From NCBI RefSeq assembly GCF_009914755.1, contig NC_060947.1: a stretch of 64,000 nucleotides of DNA. One strand, written 5' to 3'. The DNA comes from the human T2T-CHM13v2.0 reference genome, Homo sapiens. Every line of letters starts with the position of its first letter. The first letter of the stretch is position 1. A program made the translations under genes and the position numbers. The notes beneath the pieces are model-generated. The model had not been told where the DNA came from. It ran no database searches and saw only the letters and a program-made list of their open reading frames with translations. Shown here one piece after another: positions 63,122 through 64,000 of the stretch.

Positions 63122-63811
63122 GCTAAACATCATTATATAGGTGAATTTGACAAGTTTTAATGTTGAGCATAAAAATCAAGAAAGAAAAAAATACATAAGT
63201 ACAAATCTACTAATATAAAATTCAAAAACAGGTAAAACTAAAAGATAAATCTATTTTTATAAAAAGGAAAACAATGTAGAGGTGGTAAAAGTATGAAGAG
63301 AAGGAATTTTAAAATACTGAAAAAAACAGGATGGTAGTTGACTTGTGCATATGTTTGTGGTTGAGGAAACAGTGGATTATTATCTGAAAGGAGTACACAG
63401 GAAGTTTCTGGTGATTTTCTATTTCTTGACCTTTGGAGTATTTAAACAGTGTTTGTTTTACAGCAAGTTGTTAAGCCATATATTTAGGTTTTATGCAATT
63501 TTCTCTCTGTTATATTGCGCAATATTTTTAAATGATGAAAGGGATTCTTTTGTCAAAAAGGTGCTATAAAGCATCAAGGAGCTTTTCTAAATACCACCAA
63601 GGGAGCTAGGAACTGACTCTTGTAATTTAACTCAGTTAAGGGGTTCTCTCAACTAAATTTCCTCACATTTCCACAAGGTACATGAAAACTGCCAGAGTTA
63701 ATGGTAAATTTCTTATAAAACAAAAAGATACACAAAAGTCAAAGCATTATTTCCAGAGTTAGACATTTTAACATAGATGCATTTTTACTTTATATTTTGT
63801 TTCAATTACAG

Positions 63812-63888
63812 GGGAAAAAAATACCTCTTGTATCATCATTCAAAACCTATTTTTATTCTTGCTTTCATAATCAAAAATCTGTATATAT
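63812..63888 (+). pseudogene. Candidate relic exon F (77 nt, phase 2-1)
   Basis: Acceptor 'ttttgtttcaattacag|'; donor 'TAT|gtaagt'; open in the frame set by exon E: (R)GKKYLLYHHSKPIFILAFIIKNLYI. Confidence 0.5.
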
Positions 63889-63944
63889 GTAAGTATAGAA
63901 AGAGAAAAATGGAGAGAGAAAGAGTAGATAAAAACACCATTATA

Positions 63945-64000
63945 TTATTTATTTATTTATCTGAGATAGGGCCTCATTCTGTCACCCAGGTTAGAGTGAA
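63945..64000 (-). mobile_element. 3' end of an Alu running off the window
   Basis: (ttta)n tail followed by 'tgagatagggcctcattctgtcacccagg'. Confidence 0.8.

Overview
Human (primate) genomic DNA, mostly interspersed repeats: nested L1s of many ages, Alus, MaLR/ERVL LTRs and DNA-transposon relics. There is no intact protein-coding gene, RNA gene or CRISPR array. Recognisable landmarks are a complete MSTB provirus (536-2926), an IMPDH1 processed pseudogene (27589-30020, minus), a full-length HSMAR2 mariner (39883-41756) and a young L1HS-Ta-type element (56408-62017, minus) with one nonsense codon in each ORF. Three less obvious signals stand out. (1) A perfect 17-bp target-site duplication (TSD) encloses the young L1 plus about 2.1 kb of extra DNA, indicating an L1 3' transduction. 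(2) A chain of + strand exon-like segments in the scarce unique DNA has canonical splice sites and largely compatible phases, suggesting a decayed multi-exon host gene that I cannot name. (3) A fold-back insertion inside an Alu appears to be copied from DNA about 1.2 kb downstream. Repeat subfamily names come from my memory of consensus sequences, and boundaries are approximate unless fixed by TSDs.
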